64,000 nt of DNA from Octopus vulgaris (GCA_951406725.2 OX597817.1:7440001-7504000), one strand, 5' to 3'; positions 14,111 to 26,769 are shown, counted from the stretch's first letter. The notes: generated by a model from the letters alone, not told the origin. Numbers and translations: made by a program.

Positions 14111-15243
14111 TACATGGGAATTAAAAAAACCTACAACAATTTAGCAGAGTTATAATATTATAGCAATAAGATATATTAAAAATTAGATACAGGTAAATAA
14201 TTAAAAGGTACTTAAAATTATAAGAAGAAATGATGCATTAAGATATAAAAGTAAGAAGAAAATTAAAATTTTAAAGAACTATAGAGTATATAGATAATAT
14301 TAGAGTAAAAATGAAGATATATAAAAATTGTAAAAGGGATACCAATAAAATAAAAGTCAAAAGTTTTTTGAACGTACGAACCAATAACTGGATGGTAAAG
14401 ATAAGACAAATTAATATCAAGCATTAATAATTAGATAAGTAAATAATTGAAAATTAATTAAAATATATATATAAAGAAGTGTATTTACATATAGAAATTT
14501 GAAAACTTAAAATTGTAAAAAAATACAAGGTATATAAAAATATAAAGTATACAACGAGATATGTAAATATATAAGAGATAAAAATATATAAAAATTGTAA
14601 AAAAAGTCATGAATAAAGATAAAAATAAAAGTAAAACTAATAAAAATAAAACAAAATTAAAAGGTTTTTATATTAGACAAGAAAAACATATAAGACTAAA
14701 GGACTTTTGATGTTATACGTTATAATTAGGGGTGTGTGAAGCTTGATTTTATTAATAATAACCGTAAATAAACATATTGTAAAAAATAAACAAATTTTGT
14801 GCGGAAAATATAAATCCACTAATAATAAAAAAATATATATTTTATATCAACTATATATAAAAATCTTGGAAAGGGATAGTAATCTATAGGATCGATACTG
14901 TACTGAGTGAGTTAAGATTAAATAGTTAAATTATAGTCTTATAATTTAAGCCTACGAATGATTATTTCATATTATAGGTTATAAATGGCCAAATAGGATA
15001 TATTAACGAACACTTGATTAAATTGGGTATATAAATATTATTAGGGGTAACAAGCAGGGTGTATCTTATCATATTAAAATTATGGTAATTAAAGGGTGTA
15101 ATATTCCCGGTGCATTACAATGATTCAACATGCAACAGTCAAGGGAGGAATAACTAGATCCATATCGGTAAGCCACAAACTAATGTCTTATAGCTCGTAT
15201 TTCATAGAAAGTGACATTAGGATCTCACAAGTATAGTCAGTAT

Positions 15244-15563
15244 AGGCGGAGGAGTGGCTGTGTGGCCGACCAAAGCCTTGTGAGTGGATTTGGTAGACGG
15301 AAACTGAAAGAAGCCCATCGTATATATGTACATATATATATGCATGCGTGTGTTTGTGTGTCTGTGTTTGTCCCCTAGCATTGCTTGACAACCGATGCTG
15401 GTGTGTTTATGTCCCCGTTACTTAGCGGTTCGACAAAAGAGACCGATAGAATAAGTACTGGGCTTACAAAAGAATAAGTCCCGGGGTCGATTTGCTCGAT
15501 TAAAAGGCGGTGCTCCGGCATGGTCGCAGTCAAATGACTGAAACAAGTAAAAGAGTAAGAGTA
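15244..15563 (+). mobile_element. SINE family A, internally deleted
   Basis: Head jumps from ctgtgtgg to ccgaccaaag; the rest matches the 8707 copy. Confidence 0.88.
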
Positions 15564-17339
15564 AGCTGAATGTATCATAAGATACTGTTAAGAAGAAGAT
15601 GGTTATAAATAAAATTAAATTAAAATTAAAAACAAATAGAAACATTTTTAAAAATTAATAAAGGTGTACTATGCCCAGTGGCGGGGTTATATTATTTGCT
15701 AGGTAAATTTTGGTTTAATTTATAAGTTCTAAAAGCCATAGACAATGTAAAGATATGGATTAACGAGATGGGAAATAATTAGTCAGACAGAAAAGTTATC
15801 ACGATGTAAAGATGTGAAAGAACTCGGTGGAGAGTAAATATTCAGACAGACAAGTTATCTAAACATAAAGGTCACCTGCACAAAAAAGTCAGTTAGATAG
15901 AAATGATCGTAGGATCTAAGGATTACGTTGCCACTACTTTGGTTCCTATAACTGGCTCAGATCATGGTTTGTATCACTAAGGGTTATGAAATGAACGTAT
16001 GTGGGTTGCCGATGGGATAAATAGGATACCTCAGATGATTCACTGGTGTCATTACCACCAACTATCTGGTCTACACTACTACTGGCTGAAACAGGATTAG
16101 CAGCAAGATTCCGATCTAATCAAGGATAGGTCATAACCTAGGCTAGTTGATGGATGCAAGTTCTCGGTTCTTACTACATTATTCACAGCCATATCTTGTT
16201 TACTACTATTGTTCATGATACTCTCTTTGTTACGCTTAAACACATCATGTGTTGTTAGATTTACAATTTAAGGCAACTCATAATTTAATGGGTTACAAGG
16301 ATCTTTAATACAATTGATATTTACATCATTAAGATTATTAAAGCTGTCATTAGGGGCTAGATTAATTTTACTACTATGATTCTCAATCCCACAGGCTAGT
16401 AGAATATAAGACTCTGATTTTCTTACAGGAGAATAATATACTTCTCCAATGACGCTAGAAATTTTCAATACAGATTAGTAGCTATTGTTCAATTGACAGG
16501 AGGATTATGCCAGATTACAACATCTTTCTTAGTATTCTTATTTTTACGTAAGTGGCCCTAACCAAACCCCCTGTTACCTCACGAACTACCTGATAGGCCC
16601 TTATTTACGCTATTACTAAAAGTAATACCCAATTTATTGCAAGTATTGACCTTATTCCCCATTATTGTTGGTATTGATCTTATTCCCGCCATCTAGATCA
16701 TCGCTTTTAGGATGCATATTAGACATTCTTCCACCCTTAGCACCCATCCCATTATTGCTATAAATCTTGCCCATAATTCCAATAGGACTATAAAAACCAT
16801 CCCTACTAGATCTATATGTTAGTTTATTTGCTCGCTTGGCTCCATGTTCATTCTTATTATTTTTATTATATTCAGCGGATTCAGTTGGATTATAAGAAGT
16901 ACCAGAATAGTCAATATTCATAAATTCCTTGTTAATAATGTTTGATTTAGTCTTAATGATCTGACTATTAGTTTAGTTGTTATTATAGCCTTTCAAACTT
17001 TCTGAGCTTTCCAAAAATTATCTCCTGCCTTAGATAAATCAGAGTTATAGAAGTGTGCGTGTGTTGAATATATTTACATTCGCGGAGAATTGCGTAATTC
17101 TTTTCGAAATTCCCTTTTCTATGCTTAATATAATTCTGTTTACGTATATTTGATATAATGTACCTGTCTGAATAGCTCAAGAGCGGATTTCTTTATTCAG
17201 CTGGATCTAATTGTCTACATACACTGCAAGAATATCGTTCGGCCGGTACTTATGTACTAAGTTTGATATTTACATAATATTGTTGTATATATTATTTGTG
17301 ACCTAATGAGGTGTCAATCTAAGTATATAATTCAACTGA

Positions 17340-17730
17340 ATCTTATTTAAAAGTGGCCAGACAAGTCTGACGCTCGAAGACAGAGCTGGACGCCAGTCAA
17401 CCCCTACCACAGAAAAGAAAATTCAGCAAGGTCGGGAGATGGTAATGGTGAACCGGCGAGTTATCATCGATCAGGTAGCTCGTTCTCTGCAGATAAGTCA
17501 TGATTCTGCCAATCAAATCATCCACGATGAGCTCGGCTTCCATAAAGTCTATACAAGATGGGCGCAGAGAGAGCATACTGTAGAGCACAAGCACAAACAT
17601 CTTGAGGGCTGCCAACGTTTACTCTATCACTACAAGAATTGGGGAGAGGAACTTTTGAGCAGAATAGTCACAGGCGATGGAACGTAGGAGCATCATTATG
17701 GGTAGAAGAATCCAAAAGACAGAGTACGGC
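17340..17730 (+). pseudogene. mariner transposase fragment
   Basis: ORF 17439-17687: HTH (RRVIIDQVARSLQIS..IIHDELGFHKV), degenerate WVPxEL (WAQREH) and RIVTGDxTW..ESKRQS. Confidence 0.85.
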
Positions 17731-17758
17731 ATATATTTTTTACTCTCGCCCGTGTATC

Positions 17759-17820
<62 letters not shown>

Positions 17821-17840
17821 TATATATGTATGTATGTATG

Positions 17841-17878
<38 letters not shown>

Positions 17879-17955
17879 TTGAGTTGTGGGGTATCGCACG
17901 AGTGGGATTATATAAGAAAAAAGGTTTGAAAATGCAATTTAAACGATGTTTATTT

Positions 17956-17996
17956 ACTTAACCGGTTTCACTCTTTGGTAAAAGATTGTCAAAAGT
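17956..17996 (-). ncRNA. Minimal type I hammerhead-like motif in the pseudo-LTR (U3-A8 variant)
   Basis: Minus strand reads ACUU-UUGACAA-UCUUU(UACC)AAAGA-GU-GAAA-CCGG-UU-AAGU: stem I ACUU/AAGU, stem II, and palindromic stem III. Confidence 0.65.
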
Positions 17997-18010
17997 TACA
18001 TTTAAGGAAA

Positions 18011-18240
18011 CATTGAATAATATGGGTTCAAAAAAAGTTTTTTACATAATTGTCACATTGAATATTATGCATTCAAAAAAGTTTTTTACATAATTGTCAC
18101 ATTGGATATTATGGGTTCAAAAAAAGTTTTTTACATAATTGTCACATTGAATATTATGCATTCAAAAAAGTTTTTTACATAATTGTCACATTGGATATTA
18201 TGAATTCAAAAATGTTTTTTTATACATAATTGTCACATTA
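18011..18240. repeat. ~44-bp tandem minisatellite (~5 units) inside the pseudo-LTR; mirrored at ~22465-22695
   Basis: Unit aatattatgcattcaaaaaagttttttacataattgtcacattg, with atgggttc and atgcattc variants alternating. Confidence 0.9.
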
Positions 18241-19632
18241 TTTGGGAAAATTTGGCAGAAAAGGATAAAACAAATATATTATTGGGAATTGGTTGCGTTA
18301 ATTATTGGTTGTCGCAAATTGTCACATTACATGTATATATATACAATCTTTGGTATATATATACAGCGTTTTGACAGCAAAAATTAAAATGGATTTTTTG
18401 TCCATCTCAGAATATTTTAAGTATGTTTTTACTGACCTGTTAGTATTAGCAGAAAGGCTGAACTGAGAGAACAGAAGTAGCCAATGTGGTGTATACTTCC
18501 CCTTTATGCATGAATGATTTTGGGGTTATCAGGAGGTTAGTATGCGGGTGTGAATAGATGTGTCCGTGCCTGCTGGTCAGACAGCGTCTGTTTGTCACAC
18601 ACATATATATACACACAAACACACACACACACAACAACACACACACACACACACATAGTATACAAACACAAACCACATACAGACAACACACACACACACA
18701 GAACACACACACCCACACACAACGCACCCACATATATCACATATATACACAGCACACAAATATAACATGTATCTATATATAATATACACAGATATATAAC
18801 ACACATACACACACACACACACAACACACGCACACATACATACATAATATAAATATCACACAAATACACCTAGCATATATATATACACACATACAATACA
18901 CACATACAGCATGTAAGTAATATACATACACAATATATGCATGCAATATACATACGCAATACATACATACAATATATATATATATAGACAATGCATATAC
19001 ATATATACACATATACATATAAATAGTGTTTACATACACATACATAGATGTACCACATATACACACAACACACATACATACAATGCATACACATACACGT
19101 ACGCATACATATAATATATATATACACACACACACACATAACATACATACACACACAATGCATACATATATATACACGCAATGCATATACATGTATTCAT
19201 GCACATATAGCACACCTACAATATACATATATACAGTGCACACATACACACAAATATATACACTTAATTGTACACGTACATATACAATACACATACATAC
19301 AATATACATATATACAATGCGCATGCAAATAATGTACATGTTTATACACACATAAACATGCAAATAAATATACACACACACACATACACACACACACATA
19401 TATATACACATATATATATATATATATACACACATACATACATACATACATGCACATACATATATTTTTTCACACACATACACACACACATATATATATA
19501 AAAAATTCACCACCCCCCACACACACAAATTACAAACCTATAGCGTACACACTCAAATATATCTCTACATGCCGCACATACACACAAACAAAGTACTAAC
19601 ATATACACACATACCATGCATATACACACACA

Positions 19633-19678
<46 letters not shown>

Positions 19679-19714
19679 AGATACATATGTAAATACATAC
19701 ACACGTATACAATG

Positions 19715-19752
<38 letters not shown>

Positions 19753-20043
19753 GCACACAGTGCACACACACACACACATATATACACACGTGCACACACA
19801 CAAACACATACAACGCGCGCACACACACATATACACACACACGCACACAGTGCACACACACACACACACATATATCACCTACATATATATAATGCATGCG
19901 TGTGCATGCCACGTATGTGTGCGGTCAATGCCCGCTAGTGTGTCCTATGCGTGCCGATGCGCGCATGTGCCCGCCCGCACGATATGCTGTGAGCGTGCGC
20001 GCGTCCCTGTGTGCTTGCTCTGGATGTGCTTCCAGGGGGTATG

Positions 20044-21885
20044 TTAGAGTATGTTTAGTTGTGGTCTGTATTTTTGAATAAGATTACTTTCCTTATTTAT
20101 TCGTGTTTGGTCTGTGGTGTTGTCCGAGCATTGGTATAGTGGGAAGACTAAGAATTTGGGGGACTTATTGTGTGCACAAAGGTCTAAGTGTCCACTTAGT
20201 GGTATCTGTCTTGTGGAGGGGTCCCTCAGTTGTTGTCGGTGAACTGTCATTCTGTCTCTGAGGGTAAGGCTCGTTTGCCCTATGTAGTCTTCGTGGCATC
20301 CTTCACACCTTATGACGTAGAGTAAATTTTTTGATGCGCACGTGAAGTTATTTTTTATGATGAATGTGTGTCCCGAGTGGAACTTGTACGACGATCCCTC
20401 AATGAGGTGGATGCAGGTCTTACAGTTGGGGCGACCACATTTTTTGATGGTGGGCGGTGGGTTTGTGTTGTGTAATTTTGCGTTGGTGAGGAGGTTTTTT
20501 AGGGATTTAGGTTGTCTCTTACTTTTTATTATTTTATGAGCTGCCAGTATTTTTTTCAGGCGTGGGTCTTGATTTAGTTGTGGAATGTTGTTGTATATAA
20601 TAGTGTAAGCTTCTGCATTCCTTGGGTTGTGTGTTGAGAGATAAGGGAGGCTATTGACTGTACTGTGGATGTGTTTGGGTTTTCGAAGGTCTTGAATGTT
20701 GATTGATTTGGCCCGTTCTATTCCGTTGTCTACTAGTGATGCCGGGTAATGTCTTTCGAGAAGAATTGCCCTTAGTTCCCGGAGTCTTCTATTTCGTGTT
20801 GTGTCATTTGAGACAATAGTGCAGATTCTTCTCGCTAGGTTGAAGGGGATATTTGTCTTTGTGTGTTTTGGGTGATTGGAGGTGAATAGAAGGTATTGTT
20901 TAGAGTCAGTGGGTTTGTAATGGATGTCAGTTTCAATGTTGACGCCTTTTTTAATGATTAGGATGTCAAGAAAAGGGAGTTGGTCCTGACTATATTCCAT
21001 TGTGAATTGAATGTTGTTATTTACACTGTTGATAAGGTTTTTGAAGTCTATAAGTTGGTCGAGTGTGTGGGACCATAGGATGAGGCAATCATCTAAGTAG
21101 CGTTTCCAGTTCTCCAACAGGTATTTGTGGAAAGACTGGCCGTACTTATATTTGGATTTTTCATAGATATGTGATTCCAGGTAGGCCATCACCAGGTTTG
21201 CATAGGTAGGTGCAACTTTCGTACCCATTGCAGTCCCTGAGACCTGTCTGTAAGTGTTGTTGTGGAAATACATGAAGTTGTTTTGCAGAATAAATTTGAG
21301 GCCCTCAATTATGAATTCTTTTTTAATTCTTTCCGGGATCTCATTGGGATATTTATCCAGCCAGAATTTAATGGCTTCCAGTCCAAATTCATGTGGGATT
21401 GTGGTGTAAAGATTAATAACATCAAAAGAAACGATTAAGGTGTCTTTATCGGCATGTTTGGGGAGATGGTTTAATAGGTCCAGGTCATCTCTTACAATAC
21501 TTGGAATGTGTTTCAGTATTGGCTTTAAGATGATATCTATAATGTTGCTAAGTCTGTGTGTTTCACAACTTGGGCCTGCCACTATTGGTCTCAGTTTGAG
21601 ATCAGTGGGATGTGGTATAGTGATGCAGGTTGAAGTGGACTTTTTGCAAGCTTCTGTGATAATTTGACTCTTGTGTATTTTTGGAAGGCCATAGAGTGTG
21701 CTGGTTTTGCAATTAAATTTAGTAATGTAGTCGCATTCCTTTGCTGTCAAGTCATTCCGGTGTTGGTAAATGAGTGCCTTCAGATTGGTCATTGTTTTGG
21801 ATTGCTGGTAGTCGACTACTCTTTCGTAGTATGTGGTATCCTCTAAAAGGAGAGATACAGAGTTTTTATATTGCTCAGTATTCAT
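20044..21885 (-). CDS. PLE reverse transcriptase + GIY-YIG endonuclease (613 aa, N-terminally truncated; Neptune/Naiad-type)
   Basis: RT motifs LYGLPKIHK, LRPIVAG, SFDVINLYTTIP, GTAMGTKVAPTYANL, WKRYLDD, LPFLDI and YKPTD..YL..SNHP. Linker CGRPNCKTC. GIY-YIG with CCHH finger: LLYVIRCEGC..YIGQT..LRDRM..H..H..E..LN. The first Met matches the internal Met that normally follows the DKG motif, so the N-terminus is missing. Confidence 0.95.
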   Translation of the reverse strand: MNTEQYKNSVSLLLEDTTYYERVVDYQQSKTMTNLKALIYQHRNDLTAKECDYITKFNCKTSTLYGLPKIHKSQIITEACKKSTSTCITIPHPTDLKLRPIVAGPSCETHRLSNIIDIILKPILKHIPSIVRDDLDLLNHLPKHADKDTLIVSFDVINLYTTIPHEFGLEAIKFWLDKYPNEIPERIKKEFIIEGLKFILQNNFMYFHNNTYRQVSGTAMGTKVAPTYANLVMAYLESHIYEKSKYKYGQSFHKYLLENWKRYLDDCLILWSHTLDQLIDFKNLINSVNNNIQFTMEYSQDQLPFLDILIIKKGVNIETDIHYKPTDSKQYLLFTSNHPKHTKTNIPFNLARRICTIVSNDTTRNRRLRELRAILLERHYPASLVDNGIERAKSINIQDLRKPKHIHSTVNSLPYLSTHNPRNAEAYTIIYNNIPQLNQDPRLKKILAAHKIIKSKRQPKSLKNLLTNAKLHNTNPPPTIKKCGRPNCKTCIHLIEGSSYKFHSGHTFIIKNNFTCASKNLLYVIRCEGCHEDYIGQTSLTLRDRMTVHRQQLRDPSTRQIPLSGHLDLCAHNKSPKFLVFPLYQCSDNTTDQTRINKESNLIQKYRPQLNIL

Positions 21886-22789
21886 TGTGTGTGTGTGTGT
21901 GTATGTGTGTTATATATCTGTGTATATTATATATAGATACATGTTATATTTGTGTGCTGTGTATATATGTGATATATGTGGGTGCGTTGTGTGTGGGTGT
22001 GTGTGTTCTGTGTGTGTGTGTGTTGTCTGTATGTGGTTTGTGTTTGTATACTATGTGTGTGTGTGTGTGTGTTGTTGTGTGTGTGTGTGTTTGTGTGTAT
22101 ATATATGTGTGTGACAAACAGACGCTGTCTGACCAGCAGGCACGGACACATCTATTCACACCCGCATACTAACCTCCTGATAACCCCAAAATCATTCATG
22201 CATAAAGGGAAGTATACACCACATTGGCTACTTCTGTTCTCTCAGTTCAGCCTTTCTGCTAATACTAACAGGTCAGTAAAAACATACTTAAAATATTCTG
22301 AGATGGACAAAAAATCCATTTTAATTTTTGCTGTCAAAACGCTGTATATATATACCAAAGATTGTATATATATACATGTAATGTGACAATTTGCGACAAC
22401 CAATAATTAACGCAACCAATTCCCAATAATATATTTGTTTTATCCTTTTCTGCCAAATTTTCCCAAATAATGTGACAATTATGTATAAAAAAACATTTTT
22501 GAATTCATAATATCCAATGTGACAATTATGTAAAAAACTTTTTTGAATGCATAATATTCAATGTGACAATTATGTAAAAAACTTTTTTGAACCCATAATA
22601 TCCAATGTGACAATTATGTAAAAAACTTTTTGAATGCATAATATTCAATGTGACAATTATGTAAAAAACTTTTTTTGAACCCATATTATTCAATGTTTCC
22701 TTAAATGTAACTTTTGACAATCTTTTACCAAAGAGTGAAACCGGTTAAGTAAATAAACATCGTTTAAATTGCATTTTCAAACCTTTTTT

Positions 22790-22797
<8 letters not shown>
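21885..22797 (+). repeat. Inverted pseudo-LTR copy joined to the truncated ORF 5' end
   Basis: Starts directly at the ATG of the ORF (ttcat|tgtgtg) and ends in (TA)n. Mirror ORFs 18550-18765(+) and 21944-22159(-) have identical translations. Confidence 0.93.
22710..22750 (+). ncRNA. Minimal type I hammerhead-like motif in the inverted pseudo-LTR (U3-A8 variant)
   Basis: actt ttgacaa tcttt tacc aaaga gt gaaa ccgg tt aagt; identical to the left-arm copy. Confidence 0.65.
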
Positions 22798-22853
<56 letters not shown>

Positions 22854-23966
22854 TTTATATTCAATTATAATAAAAAGAATTTAACAATAATCTTTTGATG
22901 GGTTACCCCATACTTTAATGCAGTACAGATTTACTATTCTCATACAATACACACACACACACACAGCCAACAGGGGAGATCTAGAGATGGAGAATACAAA
23001 TCGAAAGATTTGAAATTAAACTCTACAGTCTTAATATAGAACTAGCTTCACGGTTTAAAGAGGTGGCTTTAACAAACCTGCATAGGAACGTTGAGCTGTG
23101 GGTGAATATGTACTGAAATTGCTTTCATTTAAATCAACTAAATGCACACAATTTCTGCATCAAAGAACACGAGGCCACTTATCTAGTAGAAGCACGTGTC
23201 GCATTGGAATTTGGTGGGAATAATAATTAAATAAATATATTTTGATGATGTAAAATTCTCCACTATTGTTTATCATGTATTGCATCTACCTATATGTCTA
23301 TATATACATACATACATATATATATACTGAGAGAGAGTGAAACAGAGAGAGAGAGAGAGAAAGTGAGATGTATATTTTCACGTATATATGTAATGTATGC
23401 AAGTATGCACGCTTATATCCATATATCCTTTTATGCGAAGGCATGCAGAATCTAACTTTATAAGAACACAATCAATCAATTCCTTAAAATAGCTGTTAAA
23501 AATTGCTGAGTTCATTCATTCCAAGGCTCCTCTACTCTCCTGACTCCTTCACAAACATCATAATCTTGAATATGAATCGAATCCGACCCAACAATAATAT
23601 CCACGGCATCATGATTTCTTTCTCAGCATAATCACGATCATCGTTATGGTTAACAGCATCACCATAAACAGCGAAAAGTGCAGCATCATAAAATCCTTCG
23701 TGACCAGATTTTTTGAGAGATAAATCTGACCTTAAAATCACAAAGCTGTCATATAACTTTCTTTAATATTCAAATCAAATGACAGATTAACTGTTACAAT
23801 TCCTCATTCATTCTTCCTTTCTCTCTCTTTTTATTTCTCAGTATGTATTCATGTAAAGAGAGAGAGATGAAAGAACACTGGAGAGAGAATATACATTTGG
23901 AAAGCTTCCTGAGAGAATCAACCTTTCCACCGATACTAAAGAATAAATTACCCAAGCACTCACTCA

Positions 23967-24059
<93 letters not shown>

Positions 24060-24333
24060 GCACACACATAAGCACGTATATATACGCAGATTCGTATATA
24101 TGTACATAAACATACATACATATACGAATATATATATGTAGATATATATATATGCATGTATGGTTGCTTGTGCATGCGTGTAAGTGTGTTTGTATCTGTG
24201 TGTGTGTGTGTGTGTGTGTATACATGAGTTATAACCAATCTATTATTTTACAGAAAGGCTGAAGACCTACGCTTATGAAAAATTAAGCCTGATATTTCGC
24301 ATTCACATATTCACACACATTTGTATGAATACC

Positions 24334-24907
<574 letters not shown>

Positions 24908-24953
24908 TTATATATATATATATATATACATTTATATATATATATATATATAC

Positions 24954-24987
<34 letters not shown>

Positions 24988-25122
24988 GACCTCGAACACA
25001 CAAGTGCAAACAAGGGAGTCAGAGAAAGGCAGAATGCTACTTATATCTGAACACTACTACAGAAATATTCTTTTAAAAAAACTTTTCTTCTAATTTTTCT
25101 AAATTTAATTATTTAATCGTTA

Positions 25123-25160
25123 CAGTTGAAAAGGTCTTAAAATGACCGAAACCGGTACTG
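25123..25160 (+). ncRNA. Minimal hammerhead-like motif (U3-A8 variant) in a solo pLTR-like segment (~24985-25250)
   Basis: cag-TTGAAAA-ggtc(ttaaaat)gacc-GAAA-ccgg-TA-ctg. The segment lies between (TA)n tracts, and its downstream end (actcgtg) resembles the PLE tail. Confidence 0.65.
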
Positions 25161-25289
25161 AAAGATTCACTATAAAATCATCTTAGCATTTTCTATTTTT
25201 GACTTGTTTTTTCATATATATCAACTCGTGTATTCCTTTCCACCCTTATACATATATATATATATATATACATTTATATATATATATGC

Positions 25290-25339
<50 letters not shown>

Positions 25340-25342
<3 letters not shown>

Positions 25343-25545
25343 TAATCTAAACATGAAAACACAAAGAGAAAACACCAGATCGTGAGGTCGTGGAACAAGT
25401 ATAGTGTTATTATACGCTCAGAAAAGGCAGGAAAGAAGGATTATTTAACGTTCCGAGCGGAGCTCTTCGTCAGAAACATAGGAAACGGAAATATCCAAGG
25501 AAGGGAAGAGGGAGGAAAAAGAATCGCCAACGGTACACACGCGGG
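25340..25545 (-). mobile_element. Short HHR-bearing repeat, family H2 (HHR at 25444-25476)
   Basis: Minus strand: ttt CTGACGA a gagc tcc gctc GGAA cg TT aaa. Homologous to 43370-43540; abuts (TA)n. Confidence 0.65.
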
Positions 25546-25676
25546 TGGGAGCAACAATGAGAGATAAATATCATTTAATATACATTGTATTCAAATTAGT
25601 CTCGAGCCGTTTTTTCTTTCCCTAGCAATATTTCAGTTTCAAATACACCACATTGCTGGGCTTTAAGAAATAACAT

Positions 25677-26076
25677 AGGCGCAGGAGTGGCTGTGTGGTG
25701 GGTAGCTTGTTTACCACCTACATGGTTCCGGGTTCAGTCCCACTGCGTGGCACCTTGGGCAAGTGTCTTCTACTATAGCCTCGGGCCGACCAAAGCCTTG
25801 TGAGTGGATTTGGTAGACGGAAACTGAAAGAAGCCTGTCGTATATATGTATATATATATATGTATGCGTGTGTGTGTTTGTGTCTGTGTTTGTCCTCCTA
25901 GCATTGCTTGACAACCGATGCTGTTGTGTTTATGTCCCCGTTACTTAGCGGTTCGGCAAAAGAGACCGATAGAATAAGTACTGGGCTTACAAAAGAATAA
26001 GTCCCGGGGTCGAGTTGCTCGATTAAAGGCGGTGCTCCAGTGTGGCCGCAGTCACATGACTGAAACAAGTAAAAGA
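25677..26076 (+). mobile_element. SINE family A (full length)
   Basis: Homologous to 8707-9110. Confidence 0.9.
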
Positions 26077-26264
26077 AGACAAAGAAGAAGAAAAACGAGA
26101 AAGGACGCTGTTTTTTTGAAATAAAAGAGAAAGGTGGAGAGGAGGATAAGAGATGAAGGTGGAATGAGAAAAGAACAAAAGAAAACCAAGTGCTGCGTCC
26201 CGTGAGCATTTTCTCATCAGAATGTATTTAACGAGGGGAAGATTAAAATTCAGAGAAGGTGATG

Positions 26265-26692
26265 TCATGCAAACTTGTTCCGATGCTTACATTTAATAAA
26301 AATTTCAGATGTAGAACTTCGTAGGTCAGTGGAATTCTTAGATCTAAAAAGGATGAAAATCTTTCAGCTAAACAAAGCATGCATCTCTTTGATCCATTAA
26401 TGTATAGCGTGCATCTTTCCACAATGTTCAGTGTTGTATATTGTTCTCTCTCTCTCTCTCTCCCTCGCTCTCTCTTTCTCTTTCCCTCCCTCTCTCTCTC
26501 TCTCTTTTTCTTTCTCTTTCTTTCTAACGTTCCCCCTCTCTGTCTCACTCACTCTCTCTTTCAAAGAAAAGCCATACTGTATATTTCTTTCCGAAAGTTT
26601 GATTGAAGCCTGTCAGCCAACCGAGTTTTCACAACTGGAAAATAACAGTAACTCGAATTAAAATCTTGCATGTATTAAGCATATATATATAC

Positions 26693-26769
<77 letters not shown>

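Larger units (their letters stand above)
17909..18824 (-). repeat. 3' pseudo-LTR arm (left inverted repeat)
   Basis: Reverse complement of 21885-22797. The only differences I saw are a few homopolymer indels (~3 nt offset). Confidence 0.93.
17873..22797 (-). mobile_element. Penelope-like retroelement (PLE), 5'-truncated, with inverted pseudo-LTR and 3' tail, inserted in (TA)n
   Basis: RT+GIY-YIG ORF on the minus strand. 17909-18824 is the reverse complement of 21885-22797. An unpaired ~36-nt tail lies at 17873-17908. (TA)n tracts abut both ends. Confidence 0.93.

Noticed and set aside
18011-18240. CRISPR-like array
   Set aside because: The units are contiguous tandem copies with no unique spacers, there are no cas genes, and the context is eukaryotic. 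The same applies to the 115-bp and 16-bp arrays.
18300-21885. Selenoprotein/SECIS as reported for some Naiad PLEs
   Set aside because: The ORF has no in-frame TGA (it ends in TAA, with all Cys encoded normally), and I could not identify a convincing SECIS.
17909-22797. DNA transposon with long TIRs (Polinton or foldback type)
   Set aside because: The enclosed ORF is a PLE RT/GIY-YIG truncated exactly at the repeat, and the asymmetric tail fits an inverted pLTR rather than TIRs.
23532-23741. 69-aa minus-strand ORF of ordinary composition
   Set aside because: No recognisable domain or supporting neighbouring exons.
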